This document shows, piece by piece, positions 15,375 to 29,702 of a stretch of DNA of 64,000 nt. The notes under the pieces were generated by a model, which did not search any database, was not told the DNA's origin, and was given only the letters and a program-made list of their open reading frames with translations. The translations under genes and the position numbers were made by a program. Within the stretch, counting starts at the first letter, position 1, and every line of letters begins with the position of its first letter. Source of the stretch: the human T2T-CHM13v2.0 reference genome, Homo sapiens; the NCBI RefSeq assembly GCF_009914755.1, contig NC_060937.1; one strand, given 5' to 3'.

Positions 15375-17261
15375 TGTATTCTTAAATCTACAGTAATGAA
15401 GATAGTTCTTCATTACTGAAGATAGTACTAATAGGGAGACAAATTAATGGAAGTGAATAGGTTCAAGTACTTATGAGAAATTAGTGTAGAATATAGGTGG
15501 TCTTTCACATTAGTGGAAACAATTTAATGTATGGTATTGTGGCCACCTGGCTAACCATTTGGGGAAAATTAAGCTAGAGTCAATCATTCTTTACACTAAA
15601 ATTCCACGAATAAAGGATGAAAATATAAAGCTTAACTGAATGAAAGTATTAGAAGAAAATGTTACCAAACTTTTTTTTTTTCAAATAAACGGGAAAAGTG
15701 TTTTTGTAACCTATAAGTCATATAGAAAATGATTAATTTGACTACATATGGAAAATGTATCATAAGTAATCAAAAGATAAATAACAAACTAGGGAAAAAC
15801 ATATACCTTTACTTATGCAACAGCCAAAGCTTTGATTTCCTTACGTATAAAGAGTTCTTTTAAAATCATAAAGAAAAGATGTTTAATTCAATGACAAATT
15901 ATAAAGAGGTAGCTATTGCCAACATATAAAGGATTTATAAACATACAAAAAGTACTCAGCTTCGCATTTAAATAAACTTATTTTCACCTACCACACTGGC
16001 ATATGGCAGGAATGAAAATTTTGCTAATTCAACAGTGTTATCAAGGGTATAGGGGAAGAGGTAACTGTCACATACTACTGGCATTATCTCTCAAAATGAA
16101 ATATTCCTTGATGTTTTGACCCACTAATAGTTACTCTAAATGCACTCTATCCCATGTGCTTAAAGATATATGTACAGTTAATATTGCGCTATTGCTTGAA
16201 ACAGTAGGAAGTAAGCAAATAACTGAAAATTGTCAACCATATGGAACTGGTTAAGTAACTTATGGTATAACTACACAGTGAAAAACTATGCATGTATTTC
16301 TTAAAGAGAGTTAGCTGACAGGGATATGCTGATATGAAAAGTGATGCAAGTACAGTTTGGGAACCCTAACATGCAGAACACTGGTTGCTATAAAAATCAT
16401 ATTTGTTTAACAATAATGTCAACAAAGGATTCACTTACATTTATTTTTGTACATTTGAAATTTCTGCAAGGAAACTCAGATAAAAACAGAGCTATTGAGA
16501 AGTAGGACTGGGGGGTCTTGAGTGGGAAAAAAAATCTTAATTTCAATCATTATTTTCCATTTTGTACTCTTTTACTTTTATGATCATGTATCTATATTAC
16601 TTTTACAATACAAATTAATACCTAATTAAAAAATCTGTGATAGGGTTTGTTTTTATGATATATGATATGAAACTCCATATATCTTCAAATTTATGTCTGG
16701 CCCCATGAAGAATTACATAATGTTACTGCTTATTAGGTGGAAGTAACAAATAATAATGTACATGTTACCATTACAACAATGTAAATTGCATAGAGGTGAC
16801 TTAAAATGTAAAAGAAAAGGTAATGTAAGTGTTGTGAGATTCTGTTTAATCTTCAACACAAATTTACTCTCAGCATTAGTAGTTTAAAGTACCCTGAAAA
16901 AAAAGTCCATTAAAATCGAATGAAGGAACTACTTGCTATCAAATATAGAACCATACTGTGTGTCAGTATTTCCAAGTGTATGATTCCAGACTATTCTGAT
17001 TCAAGCTACCGTAAGATAAGGAATAATTTCCCCAACTACCTAAATTATATTTCCCATAGAAAATATCAAAATCCACTTAAAATGAAATTCCATTGAATAT
17101 CTTAAGCAACTAAACAAAAAACTAACCAGCATTAGAATGTGTCCACCTCCAGGACTTTGTATGAAGCAGATATAAATGGTCAAATTTAGACAATTTAAAC
17201 ATCAAAAAAGGATAACTATAGTGATGGATTAAAGCAAATTAAATAAAAAGTAAAAGCATGA

Positions 17262-17445
17262 TTGCTTTGAAGAATCTGGGCAAAGTAAATTTAAAACCTC
17301 CTGGAAAGGACTCATCACTCTCAGTGCCATTAAGGACATCTGTGATTCATGGGAGGAGGTCAAAATATCACCCTGAACAGGAGTTTGGGAGAAGTTGATT
17401 CCAACCCTGATGGCTGACTTTGAGGGATTCAAGACTTCGGTGGGG
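17262..17445 (+). mobile_element. Isolated internal Tigger1 transposase fragment, inverted relative to the adjacent Tigger1
   Basis: gaatctgggcaaagtaaatttaaaacc...gattcatgggaggaggtcaaaatatca...; homologous to the reverse complement of about 18285-18465; flanked by AAAGTAAAAGCATGA direct repeats. Confidence 0.85.
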
Positions 17446-17468
17446 AAAGTAAAAGCATGAGTCTATAG

Positions 17469-17470
<2 letters not shown>

Positions 17471-17518
<48 letters not shown>

Positions 17519-17533
17519 AAACACACACGCACA
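17471..17533. repeat. (CA)n microsatellite
   Basis: About 20 pure AC units followed by interrupted units. Confidence 0.97.
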
Positions 17534-20215
17534 GAGGCATAGATGATAATGTGGGTTTGGTTCCTGACTGCCACCATAAAGTAAATATAGCAATAAAGTG
17601 AGTCACATAAATATTTGGTTTCCTAGTACATATAAATGTTATGTTTACAGTATACTATGGTCTATTAAGTATGCAGTTGTATTATGTCTAAAAATGTACT
17701 TACATTATTTTTTAACTATTTTAATGCTAAAAAATGATAATTATCATCTGAGCCTTCCATGAGTCATAATTGTTTTGCTGGTGGAGGGTCTTGCCTCAAT
17801 TTTGATGGCTGCTGTCTGATCAGGGTGGTGGTTACTGAAGGTTGGGTGACTGTGGTGATTTTTAAAAATAACAATAAATTGATTGACTCTTCCTTTCACA
17901 AAATATTTCTCTGTAGCATGCAATGCTGTTTGATAGCATTTTTATGCACAGTAGAACTTCTTTCAAAACTGGAGTCAATCTTATCAAACTCCACTGCTAC
18001 TTCATCAACTAAGTTTATGTAATATTCTAAATAACTCATTGTCATTACAACAATGTTCAGCATCTTCACCATGAGTAGTTTCCATTTCAAGAAATCACTT
18101 TCTTTGCTCATCCATGAGAAGCAACTCCTTACCCATTTAAGTTTTATCATGAGATTGCAGCAATTCAGCCACATATTCAGGCTCATATTCAAGAGAACTC
18201 ATTTCATATGATATGATATGAACTAATTCTCATATTCAAGAGAACTAATTCTAGTTCTCTTGCTATTTCTACCCCAACTGTGGTTACTTCCTCCATTGAA
18301 GGCTTGAACCCTTCAAAGTCACTCATGAGTATTAGAGCTTCTTCCAAAATCCTGTTCATGTTGATATTTTGAATTCCTTCCATGAATCATAAATGTTCTT
18401 AATGACATCTAGAATGATGAACTCTTTCCAGAAAGTTTTAAAATTACTTTGTCCAGATTCATCAGAATAATTGCTATCTATGGTAGCTATAGCTTTACAA
18501 AATATATTTCTTAAATAATGAGACTTGAAAGTAGGTATTACTCCTTGATCTATGGGCTGCAGAATGGATGTTGTGTTAGCAGTAGCAGCATGAAAACAAC
18601 ATTAATCTCCTTGTACATTTCCATCAGAGCTCTTCGGTGGACTAGGTGCATTGTCAATGAGTAGTAATCATTTGAAATGAATCATTCTTTCTTAGCAGTA
18701 GGTCTCAACAATAGGCTTAAAATAATGAGTAAACCATCTGTAAACAGATTTGATGTCATCCACGCTTTTTTGTTCCACTAATAGAGCACAGGTAGAGTAG
18801 ATTTAGCATAATTCTTCAGAGCCCTAGTATTTTCAGAATTGTAAATGAGCATTGGTTTCATTAAAGTCACCAGCTGCATTAGACTCTAACGAGAGAGTCA
18901 GCTTATCTTTTGAAGCTTTGAAGTCAGTCATTGACTTCTCTTTAGCTATGAAAATCCTAGATGGTATTCTTTTCTAATATGAAGCTGCTTCACCTACATT
19001 GAAAATCTAGTGTTTGTATCCACTTTCATCAGTGATCTTAGCTAGACCTTTTGGATAACTTGCTTCAGCATCTCCAACAGCACTTGCTGCTTCACTTGAA
19101 CTTTTATGTTATGGAAATGGCCTCTTTCCTTAAACATGAACTCACCTCTGCTAGCTTCAGACTTTGCTTCTGCAATTTCCTCACTTCTCTCAGCCTTCCT
19201 AGAATTGGAGTGAATTAGGGCCTTGTTCTGGATTAGGCTTTGTCTTAAGGGAATGTTGTGGCTGGTGTGATCTTTTATCCAGATTATTAAAACTTTCTTC
19301 ATATTGGCGATAAAACTGTTTCACCTTTTTGTCAATTGTGTGTCCACTGGAGTAGCACTTTCAGTTTCCTTCCAGAACTTTTCCTTTGCATTCACAGCTT
19401 GGCTAAATGGCGTAAGAGGCCTAGCTTTCTGCCTATCTCGGCTTTCAACATGCCTTCCTTATCACTCAACTTAATCATTTCTAGCTTTGTATTTCAGGTG
19501 AGAGATGTGTGACTCTGTCTTTCACTTGAACATTTAGAGGCCATTGTAGGGTTATTAATTGGCCTAATTTCAATATTGTTGTGTCTCAGGGAATAGAGAG
19601 GCATGAGGAGAGAGAGAAAGCTAGTCAGTGGAGCAGTCAGAACACACACATTTCCTGATTAAGTTCACCATCTATTTATTTATTTAAGACAGGTCTTGCT
19701 CTGTTGCCCAGGCTAGAGTGCAGTGGTGCAATCATAGCTCACTGCAGTCTTGAACTTCTGGCCCCAAGTGATCCTCCCACCTAGGCTTTCTGAGTAGCTG
19801 GGATTACAGGTTACAGGTTCTCGGTATGTTAACCAGGCTGGTCTCAAACTCCTGGCCTCAAGCCATCCTCCTGCCTTGGCCTCTTAAAGTGTTGGGATTA
19901 CAGACGTGAGCCATTGCAGCTGGCCAAGTTCACCATCTCACGTGGGCTTGGTTGTGGTGAGCCAAAACAATTACAATAGTAACAGCAAAGATAGTATCAC
20001 AGATCACTATAATAGATATAATAATGATTAAAAAGTTTGAAATATTTTGAGAATTTCTAACATGTGACACAGAGACACAAAGTGAGCAGGTGCTGTTACA
20101 AAAATGATGCGAATAGATTTATTCAAAGCAGGGTTGCCACACACCTTCAATTCGTAAAAAAAGTAACATCTGTAAAGTGCAATAAAGTGAAGTGCAGTAA
20201 AATGATCTATGCCTG
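17532..20215 (-). mobile_element. Near full-length Tigger1 (TcMar-Tigger) DNA transposon with decayed transposase
   Basis: Right end tatgcctg followed by TA (20216-20217); left end matches the other Tigger1 terminus; about 2.4 kb after removing the Alu; ORF 19042-19302 ([22 protein letters not shown]...[12 protein letters not shown]) resembles the CENP-B-type HTH region. Confidence 0.93.
19674..19925 (-). mobile_element. AluJ with internal deletion, inserted in Tigger1
   Basis: Perfect 13-bp TSD AAGTTCACCATCT at 19661-19673 and 19926-19938. Confidence 0.95.
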
Positions 20216-20229
20216 TAGAGTACATATAT

Positions 20230-20973
20230 GGAAATCTCTTTTAAAAAATAAAAATGGAAGAATGCTAACTAATACATATAGAAGACAAGACAGGTTAAGA
20301 AAAGTACAGCATTGTAATCCATTTTAATAATTGATCAGACAAGGATCATCAGTGAATACTAAATCTTTTGGAGAAAGGTGGTGGGGCATACTATCTCATC
20401 ACAGGCTACCTATCTAATACAAAGTGAAAATGTGCTTTATGTTGTACCTTATCCATGTGTTTCTTGGTAGTGGAACAATCTTGTAGTCTATGACTCCAGA
20501 TTTGATGTAGTATCACTGGGGTAATATTCTTGCCAAATATGTTACATCTGGTCTCATCATGAGGAAACAATCAGGCAAATGCAGAAAGGGAGACATTGTG
20601 ACAGACAACTGGCCTGGGTTCTTTAAAAAAATTAATGTCATAAAACACACAAAAAAAGCAGAGAGAATATTTAAATTAAAAAAATTAGAGGGACCTAAAA
20701 ACAGAATGCAGTGTGTGGAGTTCGGATAGTGGGTTAAAAATAAAAAGAAAAGAGAGAAAACTATAAATGATATTTGGGGGCTTTGGGAACAACTGGAACA
20801 ATTTGAATATAAATTGTATATCAGTTTATATATTGAATTTCTTAGTTGTGATTATGGTTTTGTAGTTATTTAGGAAAATATTTTTATCTTCAAAGACGCA
20901 TGCTGAAATATTTAGGGGTATTATGCTGTCTGCAACCAACCTTCAAATGATTAAGAAAGGAAGTATATATATA

Positions 20974-21026
<53 letters not shown>

Positions 21027-21150
21027 GAGAGAGATGACACAGAGAGCAAATGTGGCAAAATAATAATTGATTAATCTGGGTAAATGTACACAGATATTTA
21101 CTGTAATATTCTCTGGGTTTGAAACTTTGCAAAAATGAAAAGAAAAATAT
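20230..21150 (+). mobile_element. L1MC-like 3' UTR, probably the host of the Tigger1 insertion
   Basis: tcatgaggaaacaatcaggcaaat...gacaactggcctgg...catgctgaaatatttagggg...gcaaatgtggcaaaat. Confidence 0.8.
20974..21025. repeat. (ATCT)13 tetranucleotide (GATA) microsatellite
   Basis: Perfect run of 13 units. Confidence 0.97.
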
Positions 21151-21597
21151 AAAATATGTGTTAATGGCTTACACTCTTTCCAGTGGATGCTTTAGAAGGT
21201 ACTTGGTGCTGACTTCATCTTTACTTTTGGGGGCAATTACAATGTTTAGGGGAGGGTGCTTGGGAAAGGCCTAACTCGGCAAGATGAGTGGGGTTCTCAT
21301 TCTTACTAGAAACAAATACATTATGATTGATAATGTAAATGAATATACTTACAGCAGCCTCAGCTATGATCACTTTTTTCATCCTAAAACTTTTTGTATC
21401 TTTAATGAGATTGTTTGTACTCCACAGTTGACTGACTGTCAGAGTATTGAACAGCTCATCATAAAAGATGTTTGCTTTTAAAATTATTGAACTGGATTTC
21501 TATGTAAGAATGTGGAAAACTGTCTACTTATGTAGGTTGATTAATCAGTACACTTTTAGAAAACCTTCTTTTCTTTCATTTTAACCATTAACAGCCT

Positions 21598-21710
21598 AAC
21601 AAAGTGTGATTCTCATATGAGCAGCTCGGTATCACCTGGGACATTTATTATGGTTTCAAATTAATCAGAACATTGGGGATGGGGCCCAGAAACCTGGTTT
21701 TAACAAGATT
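21598..21710. mobile_element. MER5-type hAT MITE fragment
   Basis: gtatcacctggg...aatcagaacattggggatggggcccag...tttaacaag. Confidence 0.6.
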
Positions 21711-22735
21711 TGTATTACTGAAATTGATAGGTTCTTTCATTGACACATAGGCTTTCAGGAATGGCACCAGTCACTTTGCTGGTCATGTAGGGCCTTGGGG
21801 AAGGGAATCAGCATCATGCTGATTCTGAAGTTATTCATACCATTGTTCTGAACATACTGCAGGCACTGAAAAACTTCAGATTTGGCCTTAGAAGATAGGG
21901 CAGGAGAAAATGGATTAATATTTTCAAGGAGAGCAAGTTGCAAAACACTTCTGTCCATTATTAGTTTCCAGCAGGAGTTGAAGGGAAGATTTGGCAGAGG
22001 AGAAACTTGCACTGAAGCAGGAGTTGACATGGAACTGGAGGAACAAGGATACACTCCAGCCACCCCTATTCCACCACTGAGCAGGGGTGAAGGTCCATGG
22101 GGAAGTTGGAGAAGTGACGTAGTCTAGGTCATCCACATAGAAAGTGAGGGCACACTTCTGGAGGACAGGGCAGAGATGAAGTGAACAAGATGCTTTGCCA
22201 GCTTGGGGAGCTCCTAAGCTAGGAGCAGTGTTGGAGAAAATAGGAACTAGCCCTGTCATTGAAGGATGGGGTGCTGGCACAATCCAACAGCAGCAGGGGA
22301 CCTTCCTTGGGAGGCTGAAAGAGATTCCACTTTGTAGGGAGGATACAGAGAGACTCAGAGGACCTTAGCATCTGGGCCAAAAGTATAGGCATCCTTTTGA
22401 TGTTTTATAGGAGCTACTGACAAAAAAAATAGGGGAATGTCTTATTCAGTGCTCCATTGTTGGGGTACAGAACAAAGGAAATTAATATTGAATCCCTCTA
22501 GGGATTGTGAATGATTAGACCTTCAAGCTGGTTGTGGAAAAAAAGAAGAGAAGAAAGGCAAATCTGATATTTAGTACAGGCAGGATGGGCCAGGGAAGGG
22601 TGCTGAAAAAAATTTCAATCACCCACTATCAGAAATAGCTACTAATATCCTGTCAGGCTACACTTCTATTGATACCAAGGTAGAAACATTACGGTTGTTT
22701 TGAAATTCTCAAGAGACAGAGACTACCCTGACTTA

Positions 22736-23098
<363 letters not shown>

Positions 23099-24001
23099 CT
23101 ACCATATATTTGTGAGTGCTTAACCAAAAGACTAAGATACTGGAAACACTATGCAAGAATGGTATATTAGTTAGATAAAAGGGTTAAGATTACTAATTGG
23201 GCTATTAATAGCTAACAAGTTGATTCTCTTGATTTAGAGAGTCTTTTGATACATATTATTTGATTAAGTATGATTTGTTATACCTGTGAGTAACACGGGC
23301 ACACTTTTATCCCCATATTGCAAATGAAGTCCAGGCTAACAGTAACTGACATGGCTCATCCATAGAAGACCATGATTTCAATCCAGTCTCTGACTCCTTA
23401 CTTTATCACAGTGCTCTGTTGAGCCTATATAAAAAACCCTTTTGGCTCTTTTTAAATGACTTTCTTTATTTTATCTTATTCTGAATAATGTGTAATAGAA
23501 AAAATATAAGAAGTTTTAAAAGACTAATTTAAAAGGCTGTTAGGGAAGGCTAAGATAGTTTCATCTTCTCATGTCTCAGTTTGTATCCTAATTCACATCA
23601 TTTAAAAGTAACACTTAACTAGATTCTTCCCATCTGACAGACTCAACTATTTGAAAACAACAAAAGGGTGAGTTATCCATCCCTGGAAGTGCTAAAACAG
23701 AGAGCGGGCTGCTTGCTTATTTTGGGATTAGATAATCTTTAAGATCTGAGTGCCAAGACTCCATCAGAAGCTGGAAGCAAGTGAAAAACCAGTGGTAAAA
23801 AACCTACCAACCAGCCAAAGAACAGCAAAACCCAGTTTCTCCAACAAAACTCAGTTTCTCCATAGTTAAAGTAGATGTTACAGTGTCTGGCTATCTAATT
23901 CAACTTATTTGGTTCATTAGAGATGCCTTCATGTAGGCTTCAGAGTCCTGCTTCTCTTGTTTGAAAAACATTACAATCTTATTTTTTATGATTTTCTAGA
24001 T

Positions 24002-24165
24002 CAGTGGTTCTCAATGTGTGACTCTCAGACCAGCAGATTTGGGATCACCTGGGAAACTGGTTAAAATGCAAATCAATCAGAAACTCTGGTAATGGGACCC
24101 AGCAACCTGATTGTAACAAGCCCTCCCCGTGATCCTGATGCAGCTCAAGTTTGAGAACTGCAGTG
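24002..24165. mobile_element. MER5A hAT MITE
   Basis: cagtggttctcaa...gatcacctgggaa...aatgcaaat...aagtttgagaac. Confidence 0.85.
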
Positions 24166-24496
24166 CTAGGTAATAGGTGAGCGGAAGTTGCAAGTTAAAT
24201 TCAGTGGAAGAGTAATAGCAGAGGGAGGCTAGCTAAAAACAAAGAAATTGAATAAGCCATTCTGGTCAAGGAAGATTTAATGTAGGGATTACCTGTGCAA
24301 CCCCTGTTACTACTGTGATAATGCAGTATGATTTTGTTTTCTAAAAAACAAAGTAAATAATATTTAATAACGATTTCTAACAAAATATTTTTAAAATTAA
24401 AAAAACTGTTCTTATTGAATATAATTTGATTGCAGAAAAGTTTATTTAGCTCTTGGGTTAGAATGTGTTGTATTCATTGGGTTATTTTTAATTTGT

Positions 24497-25606
24497 TAGT
24501 GGTTTTAGATAGGATAGGCCAAACTACTATAACAAATCGACTCAAACACGTACAATCTTATCTCTGTTTTATTTAAAGTCCGAGGTAGATATTTCTGAGC
24601 AATAGGAAGCTCTCCTTTACTCAGTGATTTGGAAATCAGGCTTCTTCTACTTTATGTCTCTATCATCCCTCGTGCCTTGCTGTGTGAATCTCACTGGTGG
24701 AAGAGAAAGAGAGAGTTGGTGAGTCACACCCAATTAAGAAAATGCTCAACTCATGGATCTCTCTTCAAGAGAAATGAACACATACATGTTCATGCAAAAA
24801 CCTGCACATGAATTTTCATAGCTTTATTATTACCCAAACCTGGACACAAACCAGGTTTTCAATGGGTTAATAGTTAAACAATCTGTGATATAGCCACACT
24901 ATGGAATATCACTCAGTAATCAAAAGCAAGCAACTATTGATATATGCAACAAATTTGATGAATTTCAAAGGCATTATGCTGAATGGAAAAGCCAGTCCTA
25001 AAAGATTGCATACTGTGATTCCATTTGATTCCATTCCACATGATTCCATTTATAAGACATTCTTGAAATTACAAAATTATAGAAATAGAGCATGGATCAG
25101 AGGTTGGCATGGGTTAGGGATGGGAGAGGGAGGTCATGATTATAAAGGTTTAGCACAGGTGACAGAATCGTTCTGTGTCTTGATTGGGGTGGCAGTTACA
25201 CAAACCTATACATGTGATCGAATTGCATAGGACTGCACACACACACTCACACACACCACACACACACGAGTGCTTGCAAATCTAAATACATTCTATGGAT
25301 TGTACAAATGTCAATTTTCAGCTTTTAGTATTCCATTATATGTATGCAGGATGCCATCAATGGGAGTGGGTGAAGGGTTTATGGGGTCTTCCTGTACATT
25401 TTTTTTTTTTTGCAACATTCTGTGAGTCTATAGTGATTTCAAAATTTAAAGTTTAAAGCAAAGAAGTTGACCCAGAAGTGGCACACATCATTTCCTAAGC
25501 CTTCATTGACAGGGACGAATTGCATGGCCACACATAGCTGCAAAAGTACAGGGGAAATTGGAAGAGGAGAAAGGATTTTGGCAGGCAGCTAACTTTCTCT
25601 ACCATA
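24497..25606 (-). mobile_element. MLT1J-like LTR split by an L1 insertion (pieces about 24497-24740 and 25460-25606)
   Basis: cccagaagtggcacacatcatttc...catggccacacatagctgcaa; aatcaggcttcttctacttt. Confidence 0.7.
24745..25458 (+). mobile_element. L1MD-like 3' end
   Basis: atggaatatcactcagtaatcaaaag...ggcattatgctgaatg...tgcaacattctgtgagtctatagtgatttcaaaat. Confidence 0.85.
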
Positions 25607-26194
25607 ACAAAAAACACTAATTTCCCAGTGAAACCCAATTGCTAAATCCAAAGGCCTTTATGCCAATCCATACTACATTCTTCTTATTATTCTCCTATAG
25701 CCTTATCTTTTTTAAACACTTGTGTGGTTACATTTATTCAATAGCAGCAATCAGTCTTTTTAGACCATCACCACAAAACACCCCTTCATCCCAAAGTTAA
25801 AAAAAATGGAAAAGTCAAAAGAGTAAGGTATTTTTTATAATGATACTTCATCAGGTTATAGATGAGAGAAACAAAAGATGAGAAGGAAAGGGTGAGATGA
25901 AAATAAAGTTCCTTCAATTGTATGTATTCTATTCAGCAAGTTTCAGGGCTCTATAAATATTATGTAATGAATTTTTTTTGAAATGAAAAAAGAGAACACT
26001 CGCTATTTCTCTCCTTTGTTGTAATTATTTTTAAAAACTAGAAAATAAATGAAAATATAAGAAAAGAAAAATACACCTTTACAAAATAATCTTTTTAATG
26101 TTTATTTCGGTAAATATTGGATAAGTTGAATGAGTCTAAAATTTATTTTACTCAACATTCTTGAAGAAAAAATAATTTATAAAAATACTGGAAG

Positions 26195-26900
26195 CACACC
26201 CATTTAGGTACCTGTTACTTAAAAAAAGAGGTAAATAATGAGTGTTGGCAAGTATGTAGAAAAATTGAAACCCATGTACACTGCTGGTTGGAACATAAAA
26301 TGGTGCAACCACCATGGAAAACAGTTTGATGATGCCTCAAAAAGTTAAACATAGAACTAGCATGTGATCTGGCAAATTCAGGGACTCAAACAGATACTTG
26401 TACACCCATGTTCATAGCAGCATTATTGATAATAGTCAAAAGGTGAAAACACTCTAAATGTCCACAACGCATGAATGGATAGAGAAAGTATGGCATAGCA
26501 TATATCTACAATGGAATATTATTCAGTCTTTTATTATAAAGGAATAAACTCTGATGCATGTTGCAACAGGGATGCACCTTGAAAACATTATGCTAAGTAA
26601 AACAAGCCAGACACTAAAGAACAAGTATTGTATGATTCCACTATTATGAGGTACTTAGAGTAGTCAAGTTCATAGAGAAAAAAAGTAGAATGGAAGTTAC
26701 AAGGGTCTGGGGGAGGGAGGAGCTGAGAGTGATGGTTTAATGAGTACATAGTTTCTGTTTGGGATGATGAACAAGTTCAGGAAATGGATAGTGGTGATGG
26801 TTGCATAATGTTGTGAATGTACTTAATGCCACTGAAGTGTACGCTTAAAAATAATTAAAATCTCAAGTTTTGTGTTATGTATGTTTTACCACAATAAAAA
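26195..26900 (+). mobile_element. L1MB-like 3' end
   Basis: gtgttggcaagtatgtagaaaaattgaaaccc...gaaaacattatgctaagt...gtgaatgtacttaatgccactgaa...ttttaccacaataaaaa. Confidence 0.9.
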
Positions 26901-27949
26901 TATAGGAGGGAATACTATTGGAAGAAAAATATTTTAAGACTTTAAGTCAACGGCTGTTTCTGCTACTTTCACATATTACACAGGATTATGTCAGACCTTC
27001 ATCTGAAAGATGAAGGAACAGATTATCTCAATTAATTTTAAAATTCATTTATGATCTCCCTTCTAGGTAGTAAACATTGTCTAATACAGAATTGCCAAGG
27101 GCTGATACAAAGTGTCTATTTGTTTTATTTTAAGTACTTATTTAAATGGACATACTTCAAACTCTTAGATTCTTCCTTTCCCTCCAATGTGACCCAGTGG
27201 GGTTGGACCAGGCACTCTGTTTTGCTAGGTCAGGTTTAGTCCAGGTTTTAAGTCAGAATGTCCAGGTGTGAACTGACAGAAGCCTGGGCAGAGATGTTTT
27301 AGATGTACTTTGCCAGGTCTGGGAGGAGGAACGCCCCTCACTGGACTCTCTGATGTTCCTCCCTGACATGCTCATTTTCAGAATGTGCCACCCTGTGCCA
27401 CATGAGGCATTGTGGGGATTCTGGGTGTGGTTTAACTAAAAGCATATGTTTTGTGTTTATGAATATTCTTGTTGTGTTATTTTCCAATTTTCTATGCCAA
27501 CCTGCCACACTGGCATTGTCAGAGCATGAGGTAGGGGTACAAATATTAGTCTTGATCAACCACATTTAACAAATATTTATCCTATTTTTTCTCTTTTTTT
27601 TCTGCTCCATCTTAGGCATTGAGATGTTATAGGTAAAAGTAAAAGATTAATAATAAGGAGTTTAAAATCATACTTGTTATACTATTCTACTTATATTCTA
27701 TGATTCTTCTTTGTGAAAACTCTTGTGTCAACTGTAACATGTATTGTGCATTAAGTAAATGTTAATAAAAGTTGTTTCTAACATTGTTATTTGTGACTAT
27801 CTAAATAGAAAGATTAAAGAGAGGCCATGAGTATGAAGTATGAATATTTTCAAGTTTATCAGACTAGGAACCATATGTTCTTCTAGGAAACATAGTTGTA
27901 ATGCATATAAGGGAAAGAATATATTTTCCAGGAAAAAAATCGAGATTTT

Positions 27950-28150
27950 TGTGTTACAGTTTCACCACTTACTAGCTGATACACTTGGGTAAGTCAAAAG
28001 CCCTGAACCTAAATTTGCTAATATTTAAAAATAAGAATTTTAGTAAGACGACTCCATAAGCTTGTTGTCATATTAAATGACATAATTTACAAAGAAATCC
28101 TTAGAAACTCTAAGGCACTTTACAGAGGTATTTAAAATGATCATATCTAC
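27950..28150 (+). mobile_element. MIR SINE
   Basis: ccacttactagctg...cttgggtaagtca...gttgtcatattaaatga. Confidence 0.65.
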
Positions 28151-28285
28151 TGCTGAATTAGTCCTACTCCTTCCCTAGGGAGGTGACTAAAGGATTAGAA
28201 GATGTTGAATTTTTTATACACTTGAATATCTTTGAATTCTTTTCAGATATATGTAAATTAAAATTTTTCATTTTCTTATAATTTA

Positions 28286-28835
<550 letters not shown>

Positions 28836-28854
28836 CTTAAAAAAAGAAATTTCT

Positions 28855-29211
28855 TGATATGGTTTGGCTGTGTCCCCACCCAAATCTCACCTTGAATTGT
28901 AATAATCTCCATGTGTCAAGGGTGGGGCCAGGTAAAGATAATTGAATCATGAGGGCAGTTTTCCCCATACTGTTCTCATGGTAGTGAATAAGTCTCGCAA
29001 GACCTGATGGTTTTATAAAGGGGAGTTCCCCTGCATATGCTCTCTTGCCTCCCACCATGTAAGATGTGCCTTTGTCCCTCCTTCGCCTTCTGCCGTGACA
29101 GTGAGGCCTCACCAGCCATGTGGAACTGTGAGTCCATTAAACCTCTTTTTCTTTATTAGTTACCCACTTTTGGTTATGTCATTATTATCAGCATGAGAAC
29201 AGACTAATATG
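28855..29211 (+). mobile_element. THE1 MaLR solo LTR with promoter motifs
   Basis: tgatatggtttggctgtgtccccacccaaatctc start; TAATTGAATCA 28939-28949; TATAAA 29014-29019; GT donor in aact|gtgagt at 29128; ATTAAA poly(A) signal. Confidence 0.95.
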
Positions 29212-29702
29212 GTCTCTAAGGAATAAATTGCTAAACTGAGCCATGAATAATTATGATTTGCATTTTTCTCTTGTATAACGGAAGATGCCAAATAGATTAA
29301 AAGCCATATTTAACATGGTTTTTGTAAACGGAAAGCTGATATAAGACACATACCTTAATTCTTTATGGTAAAACTTTAAGTAACCCTGAAATTATATTTC
29401 TAGGCAATGGTGACATTATAAAAACAATATTGAAAAATTAACGATAAAAGGATTTGCATTTTAAAATATTTTAATTTCAGGATAATAGGGTTCAAATTAT
29501 TTTTGCACGGCTTCTTTCAAATCTAATGTGTATGGATTTTCTTCTCTGTAATTAGTGTGTTTTAAGTAAATATTGATCCACAACTTCCTCAAATCATAGC
29601 TGTTGACTATGACACTGGTACACTCTTACTATGCTTTCTTTCCTGGATTCACACCTAATCTCCTGCTTCTCAGTTTTTATTGGCTCTTTCTTCTGTTCTT
29701 AG

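Noticed and set aside
19042-19302. Transposase-like ORF as a possible domesticated gene
   Set aside because: Short piece of a Tigger1 copy broken by stops and frameshifts; no intact long ORF.
21755-22500. Purine-rich region with overlapping 80-118 aa ORFs
   Set aside because: No motif or splice structure I can support; possibly an old retroviral remnant.
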